A stretch of DNA of 64,000 bases from Eukaryota sp. TZLM1-RC (lineage: Eukaryota > Protista > Metamonada: BaSk clade). Below, one piece after another: positions 48,689 through 61,075 of the stretch. Within the stretch, counting starts at the first letter, position 1; each line of letters opens with the position of its first letter. A model generated the notes under the pieces. That model searched no databases. It had not been told where the DNA came from and saw only the letters and a program-made list of their open reading frames with translations. Location of the stretch: positions 4,617,784 to 4,681,783 of the forward strand of contig JAUPSS010000004.1 of NCBI GenBank assembly GCA_040285825.1, written 5' to 3'. Both the position numbers and the translations under genes were made by a program.

Positions 48689-49027
48689 ATGCGCGATTCA
48701 TCATCTTCTATTTGTCTGGGAGGCACTGGTTGCAACTGTCTTGGAGGTAAGATCGGAGAGGTCTGTGTCCTCACAGTTGTTGGAATCATTGTGATTCTGC
48801 TACTTTTGGGCTGTTGTTTTCTCGTCTTCTTTCTTGCTCTCAGGCCCAAGAGTCCCCAAAGCAAAGGAATGCCCATGGTGTACCCAGTCTCTGCAGCACC
48901 CAACAACACAGGTCCAGTAGTTGCTTCAAATTCTGGTAGTGTTCTCCTTCATAATTTCTTGAATAAATGCATCTGTGAGTCAATAAATTTCAATGAAACA
49001 ATCATTTTTTTATTTACCTTTTTATGA
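48689..49027 (+). CDS. Microprotein copy 4; a 1-nt deletion extends it to 112 aa
   Basis: GTTCTCCTTC instead of GTTCTCCCTTC. Confidence 0.55.
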   Translation: MRDSSSSICLGGTGCNCLGGKIGEVCVLTVVGIIVILLLLGCCFLVFFLALRPKSPQSKGMPMVYPVSAAPNNTGPVVASNSGSVLLHNFLNKCICESINFNETIIFLFTFL

Positions 49028-49750
49028 TTTTCCAAAGTGAATTTTTTACCACTATTTTCTCAACCTCCTCATCCATTATTGAAACTCACATACACCCTTT
49101 TCGTCATAATATCTTTTAAGTGATAGCAACGAACTAGAAACAAGGCTGTACATTCCCTCGAGAATAGAAAAACAATTCTATTTTGCGAGAATGTTCGGTC
49201 AAAGACTCTTTTAGCTCTGGTTTAACAATTTGAAATCAAGCATCAGGGAAAGTTAAGATAAATTTACCCAAGGTTTTCAAATAAGGAGAAGGCAAAAGTA
49301 CGAAGCAGGTATTGAGTGTGTGAGTTGAAATTCAAACTATTAATTCTTTCAGCATTCATGATTAATTTTGGTTTCTTTTGTTCGCCGTATAGGTGAATTA
49401 TAAGAGAATACGATGTTGTTCATTTTAGCCATTTGGAACATCTGTTGATCTGACGTCAATAATAATCAATGATCCATCAAGATCTAGAACTAACACAACT
49501 CTGTGACTACCACCAAAAGAAGTTCAGTCATAAACATCAAACAAGTTAAAACGCAATGAATAGGCTCATCTATTTTCAAATTCGTCATTAATGCATACTT
49601 TGGGTCAACCATGGGAGAAAATTATTGATGCATTATTACACAAAGACCAAAAATATTAATGGGTAAGATAATAGCAAAAAAATTGATATAAATTTATATT
49701 TTAGAAATTTTTGGGCAAAATTTTAGTTTCATTCTGTTTCATAACTTGAT

Positions 49751-50017
49751 ATGCGCGATTCATCATCTTCTATTTGTCTGGGAGGCACTGGTTGCAACTG
49801 TCTTGGAGGTAAGATCGGAGAGGTCTGTGTCCTCACAGTTGTTGGAATCATTGTGATTCTGCTACTTTTGGGCTGTTGTTTTCTCGTCTTCTTTCTTGCT
49901 CTCAGGCCCAAGAGTCCCCAAAGCAAAGGAATGCCCATGGTGTACCCAGTCTCTGCAGCACCCAACAACACAGGTCCAGTAGTTGCTTCAAATTCTGGTA
50001 GTGTTCTCCCTTCATAA
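49751..50017 (+). CDS. 88-aa membrane microprotein, copy 5
   Basis: Same protein as copy 1. Confidence 0.7.
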   Translation: MRDSSSSICLGGTGCNCLGGKIGEVCVLTVVGIIVILLLLGCCFLVFFLALRPKSPQSKGMPMVYPVSAAPNNTGPVVASNSGSVLPS

Positions 50018-50814
50018 TTTCTTGAATAAATGCATCTGTGAGTCAATAAATTTCAATGAAACAATCATTTTTTTATTTACCTTTTTATGATTTTCCAAAG
50101 TGAATTTTTTACCACTATTTTCTCAACCTCCTCATCCATTATTGAAACTCACCTACACCCTTTTCGTCATAATATCTTTTAAGTGATAGCAACGAACTAG
50201 AAACAAGGCTGTACATTCCCTCGAGAATAGAAAAACAATTCTATTTTGCGAGAATGTTCGGTCAAAGACTCTTTTAGCTCTGGTTTAACAATTTGAAATC
50301 AAGCATCAGGCAAAGTTAAGATAAATTTACCCAAGGTTTTCAAATAAGGAGAAGGCAAAAGTACGAAGCAGGTATTGAGTGTGTGAGTTGAAATTCAAAC
50401 TATTAATTCTTTCAGCATTCATGATTAATTTTGGTTTCTTTTGTTCGCCGTATAGGTGAATTATAAGAGAATACGATGTTGTTCATTTTAGCCATTTGGA
50501 ACATCTGTTGATCTGACGTCAATAATAATCAATGATCCATCAAGATCTAGAACTAACACAACTCTGTGACTACCACCAAAAGAAGTTCAGTCATAAACAT
50601 CAAACAAGTTAAAACGCAATGAATAGGCTCATCTATTTTCAAATTCGTCATTAATGCATACTTTGGGTCAACCATGGGAGAAATTTATTGATGCATTATT
50701 ACACAAAGACCAAAAAATATTAATGGGTAAGATAATAGCAAAAAAATTGATATAAATTTATATTTTAGAAATTTTTGGGCAAAATTTTAGTTTCATTCTG
50801 TTTCATAACTTGAT

Positions 50815-51081
50815 ATGCGCGATTCATCATCTTCTATTTGTCTGGGAGGCACTGGTTGCAACTGTCTTGGAGGTAAGATCGGAGAGGTCTGTGTCCTCAC
50901 AGTTGTTGGAATCATTGTGATTCTCCTACTTTTGGGCTGTTGTTTTCTCGTCTTCTTTCTTGCTCTCAGGCCCAAGAGTCCCCAAAGCAAAGGAATGCCC
51001 ATGGTGTACCCAGTCTCTGCAGCACCCAACAACACAGGTCCAGTAGTTGCTTCAAATTCTGGTAGTGTTCTCCCTTCATAA
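50815..51081 (+). CDS. 88-aa membrane microprotein, copy 6
   Basis: Same protein; synonymous CTG>CTC. Confidence 0.7.
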   Translation: MRDSSSSICLGGTGCNCLGGKIGEVCVLTVVGIIVILLLLGCCFLVFFLALRPKSPQSKGMPMVYPVSAAPNNTGPVVASNSGSVLPS

Positions 51082-51878
51082 TTTCTTGAATAAATGCATC
51101 TGTGAGTCAATAAATTTCAATGAAACAATCATTTTTTTATTTACCTTTTTATGATTTTCCAAAGTGAATTTTTTACCACTATTTTCTCAACCTCCTCATC
51201 CATTATTGAAACTCACCTACACCCTTTTCGTCATAATATCTTTTTAAGTGATAGCAACGAACTAGAAACAAGGCTGTACATTCCCTCGAGAATAGAAAAA
51301 CAATTCTATTTTGCGAGAATGTTCGGTCAAAGACTCTTTTAGCTCTGGTTTAACAATTTGAAATCAAGCATCAGGCAAAGTTAAGATAAATTTACCCAAG
51401 GTTTTCAAATAAGGAGAAGGCAAAAGTACGAAGCAGGTATTGAGTGTGTGAGTTGAAATTCAAACTATTAATTCTTTCAGCATTCATGATTAATTTTGGT
51501 TTCTTTTGTTCGCCGTATAGGTGAATTATAAGAGAATACGATGTTGTTCATTTTAGCCATTTGGAACATCTGTTGATCTGACGTCAATAATAATCAATGA
51601 TCCATCAAGATCTAGAACTAACACAACTCTGTGACTACCACCAAAAGAAGTTCAGTCATAAACATCAAACAAGTTAAAACGCAATGAATAGGCTCATCTA
51701 TTTTCAAATTCGTCATTAATGCATACTTTGGGTCAACCATGGGAGAAATTTATTGATGCATTATTACACAAAGACCAAAAATATTAATGGGTAAGATAAT
51801 AGCAAAAAAATTGATATAAATTTATATTTTAGAAATTTTTGGGCAAAATTTTAGTTTCATTCTGTTTCATAACTTGAT

Positions 51879-52217
51879 ATGCGCGATTCATCATCTTCTA
51901 TTTGTCTGGGAGGCACTGGTTGCAACTGTCTTGGAGGTAAGATCGGAGAGGTCTGTGTCCTCACAGTTGTTGGAATCATTGTGATTCTGCTACTTTTGGG
52001 CTGTTGTTTTCTCGTCTTCTTTCTTGCTCTCAGGCCCAAGAGTCCCCAAAGCAAAGGAATGCCCATGGTGTACCCAGTCTCTGCAGCACCCAACAACACA
52101 GGTCCAGTAGTTGCTTCAAATTCTGGTAGTGTTCTCCTTCATAATTTCTTGAATAAATGCATCTGTGAGTCAATAAATTTCAATGAAACAATCATTTTTT
52201 TATTTACCTTTTTATGA
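51879..52217 (+). CDS. Microprotein copy 7; same 1-nt deletion as copy 4
   Basis: GTTCTCCTTC. Confidence 0.55.
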   Translation: MRDSSSSICLGGTGCNCLGGKIGEVCVLTVVGIIVILLLLGCCFLVFFLALRPKSPQSKGMPMVYPVSAAPNNTGPVVASNSGSVLLHNFLNKCICESINFNETIIFLFTFL

Positions 52218-52940
52218 TTTTATAAAGTGAATTTTTTACCACTATTTTCTCAACCTCCACATACACTATTGAAACTCACCTACACCCTTTTCGTCATAAT
52301 ATTTTTTAAGTGATAGCAACGAACTAGAAACAAGGCTGTACATTCCCTCGAGAATAGAAAAACAATTCTATTTTTATGAGAATGTTCGGTCAAAGACTCT
52401 TTTAGCTCTGGTTTAACAATTTGAAATCAAGCATCAGGGAAAGTTAAGATAAATTTACCCAAGGTTTTCAAATAAGGAGAAGGCAAAAGTACGAAGCAGG
52501 TATTGAGTGTGTGAGTTGAAATTCAAACTATTAATTCTTTCAGCATTCATGATTAATTTTGGTTTCTTTTGTTCGCCGTATAGGTGAATTATAAGAGAAT
52601 ACGATGTTGTTCATTTGAGCCATTTGGAACATCTGTTGATCTGACGTCAATGATAATGAATGATCCATCAAGATCTAGAACTAACACAACTCTGTGACTA
52701 CCACCAAAAGAAGTTCAGTCATAAACATCAAACAAGTTAAAACGCAATGAATAGGCTCATCTATTTTCAAATTCGTCATTAATGCATACTTTGGGTCAAC
52801 CATGGGAGAAATTTATTGATGCATTATTACACAAAGACCAAAAATATTAATGGGTAAGATAATAGCAAAAAATTGATATAAATTTATATTTTAGAAATTT
52901 TTGGGCAAAATTTTAGTTTCATTCTTTTTCATAACTTGAT

Positions 52941-53207
52941 ATGCGCGATTCATCATCTTCTATTTGTCTGGGAGGCACTGGTTGCAACTGTCTTGGAGGT
53001 AAGATCGGAGAGGTCTGTGTCCTCACAGTTGTTGGAATCATTGTGATTCTCCTACTTTTGGGCTGTTGTTTTCTCGTCTTCTTTCTTGCTCTCAGGCCCA
53101 AGAGTCCCCAAAGCAAAGGAATGCCCATGGTGTACCCAGTCTCTGCAGCACCCAACAACACAGGTCCAGTAGTTGCTTCAAATTCTGGTAGTGTTCTCCC
53201 TTCATAA
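52941..53207 (+). CDS. 88-aa membrane microprotein, copy 8
   Basis: Same protein; synonymous CTG>CTC. Confidence 0.7.
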   Translation: MRDSSSSICLGGTGCNCLGGKIGEVCVLTVVGIIVILLLLGCCFLVFFLALRPKSPQSKGMPMVYPVSAAPNNTGPVVASNSGSVLPS

Positions 53208-53410
53208 TTTCTTGAATAAATGCATCTGTGAGTCAATAAATTTCAATGAAACAATCATTTTTTATTTACCTTTTTATGATTTTCCAAAGTGAATTTTTTA
53301 CCACTATTTTCTCAACCTCCACATACACTATTGAAACTCACCTACACCCTTTTCGTCATAATATTTTTTAAGTGATAGCAACGAACTAGAAACAAGTTTG
53401 TACATTCCCT

Positions 53411-54700
53411 AATCTATATTTATTGAACATGTACACTTAATTAAATTAATTCATAACTAATGGGACGACTATCATTGAACCAAGATTTCCTCTACAAAAT
53501 CTTGATTTGCTTGCTGTCTAGCTGAAGCTTCTCTTATTCTATTGAAAAAACGAGGTAATCTATTAATAATGGCAAATTGAATCCGAGAACACCATAAAAA
53601 AATGTCAAATCTTTTCATTGTTTTTTCTTGAATCATTTTTTGGAAGTCATTCAAAATAGTTTCTGCTTCATCTGATAATCTTCCATTTATCAAAAATGGG
53701 AAAGCAATAAAAACTAGCTGTGTATTTCTATCAGCATTAGCCTCTTCAATATCTTTTTCATATTTTCTATGTTTTTCTTTTGCCTTAAATTCAAATGCAC
53801 TCACAGGATTAAATTTTCTTCTGTGAACCAAAGTATCATTTGCAACATTACATGAGACAAAGTCAACAATAGCTTCAGAATTATCAAACCAATCACAGTA
53901 TACATCACCTCTATCATCAGAACCAAAATTATTCAGAGAAAGTGTTTCTTTCAGCAAACGCTCTTTGATACACGATATTCTTGCAGTTTGTGCCATATTG
54001 AAAACAGTGTCTCTAACAGCATCATGTAATGAAGAACGATAAGTTATCAATTTAGAACAATTGAGAGCATGGTGCATAGTGAGTTGAGGTGAATTCGGAC
54101 AAATACATTTTTCTTTTGATAATAATTGATTAATGGGGATATTCAAATATAATCTCATTTTTGTTACAAATGCTTCATTTGTGGCACACAATCCAAATCT
54201 TCGTGGTACAATGGTTACAAAAAGTGAAGAATCTGATGACTTATTTTCACAAACACCTTTTCCCAATAACAATGAGTGAAGATGTTGATTTAAAACAGCC
54301 GAGCTGCATATATAATTATAAAGATCATTTTCATACATTCCAGTCAATCGTTTCTGTAATGTTCGAAGAGTGGATTTTAAATTTAAAACATTCTTTTCTG
54401 GAATATTGCCATTGAATGATTGGGGAAAGCATCGACCCCATTTTTCTGCATCAATTTTTGAAATTTCTTCATTTAATGCAAAAACAGTGGAACTTTGCGT
54501 TGCCATCAACAAATCTTTCCAATCTGCAAATCTTTCGGAAAACTCAAAGATTGCATTTCTGCTTCCACCAATAAAAGCAAACGAAGTAAGAATGGAAGCC
54601 TTCGTCCAACCTAAACCGCCATAATGTGGACTAAGATAAGCATGGTCTGGAATTTGGAATACTTTACATCCAAATAATTGTGACAAAACTTTTGCACGTC
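53411..54700 (-). mobile_element. 5'-truncated family C copy (open 404-codon C-terminal ORF with RLE and 3' UTR)
   Basis: ORF 53472-54686. It abuts the end of the array. Confidence 0.9.
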
Positions 54701-54702
54701 AC

Positions 54703-57250
54703 TTTTTTTTGATCAACTTTTTTTTTGTTTTTTTATTAAAATCCTATAAATCAACATCTAAAAAATTCATCTCTCCCAAAACAAAAACACTAGATGCAAC
54801 TCTCTCATAGTGAGATCCAAGAGAAAGCAAAGCATCAGAAACCATCTTCAACATCCCCTTAAAAATAGAAAACACAATTCTATTTTGCCAATACAATCTG
54901 TTGAAATTTCTGTTGGTTCTTCTCTTTACAATCATTTCAAATTCTTTCAAAAAACGTAAAGCCGTTGGTGCAAGTGATCCAAAAAGACAAAATACAAATG
55001 GATACAAATTGTATTTTGCATGCTGTAGACTGGCCAATTTGGACAAAAGTTAATTGTATTTTTTGAATTTGAAATTTTCAGCATTTGAAAGAAGATTATG
55101 AATTTCAGAATTCACAAACCTTTCATTTGAGGCATTACAAAGATCAAGAGTCATTACATCCAATAAAATGAAGCTTCCATCTACTCCAGGTAATATTACA
55201 CCACTTCTATTATTCTTATAAATATCATCTTCAGTATCAAACAGATTTGACAACCGAGGTTCCAAAAAGGATTTAATTCAAAGAGACTTACACATACAAT
55301 ATAACTGGTCTCTTACAGCATCATAAACCTTGCTTCTAAAAGTAATATAATGTTTACAATTTAACAAATGAGTAATTGTAATTTCGCGAGAACATTTACA
55401 AATTAAATTATGAGTTAAATTATCAGGCCAGATAAAGGAACGAAATCTCATATTCAGAGTCCAAGCAGAATCAGTTAAAAGAGTACTATAAACTTGAGGA
55501 ATTGTTGTTACTAAGGCAGAAGAAGTACTATCACACATATCTTGTAAAAGATTTGCAAAAGCGGGATTCTTTTTCTTGGCCAAGTCAAGTCTAACATCAA
55601 AATCCAAGCTTTCAAAAATCTTTGACAATTTTTGTTGAAGCTTTTTACAGCAAAACTGTAAACTAAAAAGAGATCGGTTTGGAATTTCTTGAATTGATTG
55701 AGGAAAACATTTGGTCCAAACTTGTGGTGGCAAGTTTTCAAGTTCACAAATAACTCATACAAATAGGGACTGCAACTGGGAACTAACTGATGAGAATCAT
55801 TAGGAAATCTACGAGAAAATTCATAAATCAAATTTTTGCCACCACCCAAGAAAGCTGATTGACACAAAATTGAAGATTTAGTAAATCCAATACCACCCAA
55901 TTTTGCTGAAGAAAATCAGTGACTTTTCAACATTCCTAGTTCCACATCCAATAAATCAGCAAACAATTCTGTTCTCAATGAATTAAAAGAACGACAGAAG
56001 TCTAAAGCTGTGGAAGGATCACAAGGTCTCAAAATGTGGGTTATTCTCCCAGTGTAGCAAATTTTAAGCATGAAAAATTTAATATGTTTTTCTATATCTA
56101 AAGAAGAAATTGAATCAAGTTCAATTTTCATTTTTTCCAAAATAACTTGCAATTCATTCTGAATTTGAGGCACGTTTCCTTACCAACAACCAAGGAACGT
56201 AACAGCATCACTATTATAATTAGTAAAAGGGACAATAGAATCGTTTATCACGAGATCATGAGCAGAAGAGCCAATCAGAAGGCATTTGCTTGCATTAAGA
56301 TGAAGCCCAATATTTTCATATGAATCGGCAATTTCTTGAGCAACCAATTCTAGTAAATCAATTGAACCAATCAAGGATATATCATCCATATAAGCAACTA
56401 TTTTTATAGATGGGTATTTTTGCTTAATGATATTTAAAGTTTTGTGAATAGCTGAACAAAACAATAATGGGCCGCCTAAAGGATCACCCTGCTTCACACC
56501 AGAAGATGATTTAAGACCAAATGAATTAAATATTAAATCTGATTCTTTACCACAAAAATGGTAGAAAAAACTCGATAGCTGAGGAAAATCAGATTTAATT
56601 ACTTCAAAAATTGCTTTTCGCTTTACAGAATTAAAAGCATTTTTAAAGTCAAGATTAAAAATAAAGTTATTTTCGTCTGCATTGAAAAAAGTATCAGAGG
56701 CAATAGCAGCAACAGAAGCACCATCAATTGTTTTGATTCCAAATTAATGAGGATTCAAAAATGTAGAAGCTTTGTTTTAGACACGATCGATGACAATTGA
56801 TGCCAACAAACAAGATAGAGATTCACCAACAGCAATTGGGCGTATTCCATCAGGTTTAATTCCATTACCAGACTTTACTAAAGCAATCAGACGTGCAGCA
56901 AGTATTTCAAAAGGAGGATTAATTTTCAAAACAATTAATTGTTGAAAATAATGGGCTAGATCATCAGCAATTGCAGGAGCACTGGAACACGCTATTTTTA
57001 ACAGATCAAAAGAAATTTCAGATGGGCCTGCTGCTTTTCCTTTTGTCATTTTTGAATAGCTTTAAGAACTTCAATTGCAGTAATAGGATTTTCAATCCAA
57101 AAAGGACATACATCAGGCTTGCTGCACTTGAAATTTGCTTGAGGATGCAACTTTTGAAGTTTTTCAAGGGTATCAGAATTTGCATCAGCCAAAGAAGAAG
57201 AAAAGATTGCTTTGCGGCACCATAACGACCACGTAAGCACAATTTTCGGA
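54703..57250 (-). mobile_element. Degenerate 5'-truncated family A copy
   Basis: Collinear with 6265-8790, with many stops and frameshifts. Poly(T) at 54703-54735. Confidence 0.9.
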
Positions 57251-57324
57251 AAAGGAATTGATAAAAGATAATATTTATAATTATGTGCACAATTTTGTAA
57301 GACCAATAGGAAAATTAGTGTATT

Positions 57325-57725
57325 CCGCTGATTCGCCTTATCTAACGCCGAAAAAAAGAAGATAAAAAAAATATGAAGAACCTTTGGCACAGTTAGGTAG
57401 AGTAGAACATGTGAAATATCAGTTTGTGTCGTTTGCAATTTCTCTTTTTGGCAATATTGAACCTTCAGGGTTGCACTTTTTTGAAAATTTTAAAAAAGTG
57501 TTACTGAATAGGTCTGGTAAAACAATGAACTCCACTTTCTGGTTAAATAGAATTGTTTTTTGCATTTTCAAGTCTATTCCAACAATGATTTCTAAGGCAC
57601 TTTTAGCTATTGGTGTAGAATATGAACGTAATGCTGTGAGTAGGTTTAGTAATAGTGACGCTTGTTTGGGGGATATTGAATATTAGATGGGTTTTTTTAT
57701 CTCAATAAATATTCCAGTTTAAAAA
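57325..57725 (+). mobile_element. 3' end of another RLE lineage (family E)
   Basis: SNAEKKKIKKYEEPLAQL..YQFVSFAISLFG..FWLNRIVFCIFK, followed by AATAAA. Confidence 0.8.
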
Positions 57726-57778
57726 CAATAGGAAAATTAACATTTGGTAGATTCAGCCTTCTTAAACCACCTCAACCA

Positions 57779-58081
57779 ATGCCCAAGAGAACAAAACAAA
57801 CCTCAGAGGATCTTCGTGATCCTTCAAAGGTAGTTCCTTTCAAAGCTGTTCAATCTGATCAAGCTGATTTCTTCCAAGTTCTCACAATGATGCTTTCGTC
57901 TCTTTCAATTGTCCTGAGAATTCCCTTGGCTGCCTGGGGAGCTGCTCTATTTGCTCTGGCGTCCATTGCACATCGTCGGAGGACTTCCCAGGTCACAAAT
58001 CCTTATTCCAGCGTAGTTTTCGCCGTGATGAGTGTTGTAATGTCTTATGTATCTCCTCGTCTAAAACCAAGCGTGGCTTAA
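57779..58081 (+). CDS. WDR83OS: Asterix/PAT10 (UPF0139), PAT complex subunit
   Basis: 100 aa, about three TMs. DLRDPSKVVPFK, AWGAALF and SVVMSY resemble the Asterix motifs DPRRPNKVLRYK, AWVAVY and AVVMSY. Confidence 0.8.
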   Translation: MPKRTKQTSEDLRDPSKVVPFKAVQSDQADFFQVLTMMLSSLSIVLRIPLAAWGAALFALASIAHRRRTSQVTNPYSSVVFAVMSVVMSYVSPRLKPSVA

Positions 58082-58156
58082 TATCCTTGTCTTTAAAGGT
58101 GTCGCATTTTTGAAGTATTTTTTGTCTGAAACTATTGAGATATGGATCATTTTTCT

Positions 58157-58850
58157 TTATTGTTTTATTATACGCTTCAATTCCTTTATAAAGACTTGGT
58201 GTGAATTTTTGTATAATTTGTAATTGATATCGGTAACAAAAATCTGTAGTATACGTCCATCAACAACTACTTCAAGTCGATTTCTATGGAGATCTGTTCT
58301 CGTAAACTTGAACAAATTCGTGGATGGATCTTTGAAGGTAGAAGATGAACTCGTACTGATAAGAAAGAGAACCAACAAGATTGTTATAAAAAAGATTGTT
58401 ATCATCAAATGTGAAGAGATGAAGCGACAAAGTCGACAAAGCCCAAGCAGAAAGAACTGAATAAACTGTACAAACACTGATAGTGAAGATTGATGGTTGA
58501 TGTATCGCATGTTGTAGATTCGTGTAGAAGTTGAGGGAGACTCATTTGTATTATCCCCAGTTTGAAGGCGCAGTGTTGAAGACGAACCACCATTCAACGC
58601 ATGAAGAATCTCGTCTCTTTGTTGCGTTAATTCTACAAAAGCAGAATCATCTTGAGTGTTGTGATCAGGATGACATGCACGGGCCTTCTTTCTGTATTCT
58701 TTACCAATGAACGCTATTACATCGTCCTTCAATGTGGTGCTCATTTGCGCTTCTGCTAACAAATTTTGGACCTTGGAATGTTGAGGTGGCAGGTTTTCAA
58801 TACAGTCTGATATAATACTTTTGGATTTGGAAAAGAAAACCTTGACCCAT
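58157..58850 (-). CDS. J-domain (HPD) membrane protein with a probable 34-nt intron at 58807-58840
   Basis: YRKKARACHPD plus a hydrophobic span. The ATG at 58850 becomes in-frame after removing GTTTTC...TTATATCAG. Confidence 0.7.
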
Positions 58851-59469
58851 CAGTTATCGGTTCAGGTCAGTTTCCAACTTTATTTCCGAGGTAAACCTGT
58901 ACAGTCGAGGTATAATGCCAAGAATATAAAAAAGATTTCAGTTAATCAAAAATGCAGTGTTGTACCATAGTCACTCTTTGACCATGCCATACGTGTATGA
59001 CGTATGACATTTTGCATATGATGACACGTATGCCACTGTGTATATTATTTATTTATGCTTTAAACCTTCTTTTAGTGTCATTTCATGGATTCAAAATGTG
59101 ATTTGTAGTGCTGACTCTTTTCATAAAGCCTTTTTCCTCTTCTCATACCATTTATCGTTGCTTTTCTCCAATTAACAATGTCAAAATATTCAAAACTACA
59201 TACACACTTTGTTGTCTTAGAAGATGGAGTACCAAGACCCGATGGGAGAGGCAAGACTGATCCAAAAGTTGAATGTCTCTATTGTTCTGCGACGAGAGTT
59301 GATTCGGAATAGTCTTATAAAATATTATTATTTGGAACTGTAATAAAATCATACAATGAATACAGTCTAGTAATTAGAGGTGGGTCAAAGAGTACATAAT
59401 GTTACAATCTGAAGAATTTGCCATATGGGTGTGACGTGTATGGCATAACCCAGAAAAAATGTTTATTAG

Positions 59470-60744
59470 TCAAAAACCTAGGTATTGAATCAACAATTTC
59501 ACAAATCCAGCATTCATGAAATACTGAGAATGATCAACACCCTGAACAGGGAAAAAATCAATCTTTTTTGATTGGTGATGCGACCAACTCATTAAAACAT
59601 CAATCATAGAACTAACACTAACAGTACCATCACCCTTACTCCACCCTTCAGTGACTGCACTTCTTTTACTAAATCTAAACGAATGGGGAACTTTAAGATT
59701 GCTTGTTCCAAACACAGAAAGTTTAACATTTGGGGGAACTTCTTGGTCAATTAAATACAATTGTTGTTTCAAAAAAGAAACATGGGAAGATATATTATAG
59801 TGTTGAAACAATAGTGTCAAGTTATGTGCAGTGTAAACGTCATCATCGACAACCGCCAGCACATCACTTTCCTTAAACGTCCAAGTTCTAGGAGAAAGAG
59901 TGCTTATTGAACTCCAATTAAACACCAACTGACGACTCAACTCCAATGAGACCGTGGGTACTCCATAGGTGTTCCCAGCTATGAGGTCTTTGATAGAACG
60001 AGAAGACCCAGAAAAAGGAGGTCCAACGGCAACTAGCTCAGAAATGTACTTACTTTTCCAATCATCAGTCATTTTAGATAGGAAATCAACTCCAATCAAA
60101 CCCCCCATTGAATGTGAGACCAATTGAACAGTGGTGTTATTATTTTTAATATAAATATACTCAATCAACTCTTTTAATTTAGGGTAAATCTCGTCCCGTT
60201 GGTACACCATTGAATGGCGCCAATCATAAGGAAAAGCAAAGACTTTCTTTCCTCTTCCGTGTCCCAATCTTTCAAGAGTTTCTATGAACTTATACATATA
60301 CCCAGTCTTCCAAGAGAAGGAAGGATCCAGGTGTTCCACGGCCAAGGTGTCTCCTAAATAGCGAGAGATAGGACGAGTTGTAACACCGGTAGAATCAGAA
60401 CAGGAAGAAGGGGTACAATGAGGGGAAAAGTTGGATAACCAGCATTGGATGACTTCAGGAAGGAAAGAGGTTAGTGAAATCCAGGCATTGTGCCAAGATT
60501 TAGAAGAACTACACCACCAGTGATCAATGGGTTTGTTTTCGAGTTGTTGTTCAAGAGATGATGCAGCAAAACCTGGAATGAGGAGGATGGGGTGGAGTAA
60601 GGAGGTAGACTTGAGTGATGCGACGGTTTGGTTGATGTCAAGGTCAAGCTCTTGAGGTGATTGATACTGGCTGTAGGGAGGAGGGCGCCATGCTTCGATC
60701 GACCAGGTCTGGTGAAATAGAAGGGATAGTAGTACGAGTATCAT
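59470..60744 (-). CDS. LCAT / group XV (lysosomal) phospholipase A2 family
   Basis: Signal peptide; LLIPGFAAS; PYDWR; SHSMGG; GDGTV; C-terminal His. Confidence 0.9.
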   Translation of the reverse strand: MILVLLSLLFHQTWSIEAWRPPPYSQYQSPQELDLDINQTVASLKSTSLLHPILLIPGFAASSLEQQLENKPIDHWWCSSSKSWHNAWISLTSFLPEVIQCWLSNFSPHCTPSSCSDSTGVTTRPISRYLGDTLAVEHLDPSFSWKTGYMYKFIETLERLGHGRGKKVFAFPYDWRHSMVYQRDEIYPKLKELIEYIYIKNNNTTVQLVSHSMGGLIGVDFLSKMTDDWKSKYISELVAVGPPFSGSSRSIKDLIAGNTYGVPTVSLELSRQLVFNWSSISTLSPRTWTFKESDVLAVVDDDVYTAHNLTLLFQHYNISSHVSFLKQQLYLIDQEVPPNVKLSVFGTSNLKVPHSFRFSKRSAVTEGWSKGDGTVSVSSMIDVLMSWSHHQSKKIDFFPVQGVDHSQYFMNAGFVKLLIQYLGF

Positions 60745-61075
60745 GGATAAATGGTGGAGAGGAGAACAGAAAAGTATTGTGGATATCTACTCCTAAAGAT
60801 ATGGGATATTTCACCTATCGCAAGTCAGTTACCGAGGAGATTGTATAGTGTACTCATAACTAGCTGAATCAACTAGGAAGATCGATCTTGATTGATGATA
60901 AATGGAATTGATTCAACTGATATGTGTGGTCTAAGAGTTGAAAAGTATAAGGACCAAGTCTAAGGTGGTGCAAGCATGATCAGTAAGCATGATAATAACT
61001 TTTCAATGCTAAGGTAACATATGGCACAAGGCGTTAGAAGTTGGAATTGTCTTCCATATATATAAAATATATTTA

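Larger units (their letters stand above)
43162..53410. repeat. Tandem array: two ~775-bp deleted units, eight ~1,063-bp units and a partial unit
   Basis: ORF starts at 45501, 46562, 47626, 48689, 49751, 50815, 51879, 52941 (spacing 1061-1064). Confidence 0.97.

Noticed and set aside
43162-53410. CRISPR array, or spliced-leader / 5S rRNA tandem array (the classic CRE target)
   Set aside because: Units are about 1 kb with no unique spacers and no cas genes. I could not recognise SL or 5S features, and the unit is largely explained by an ORF plus a retroelement relic.
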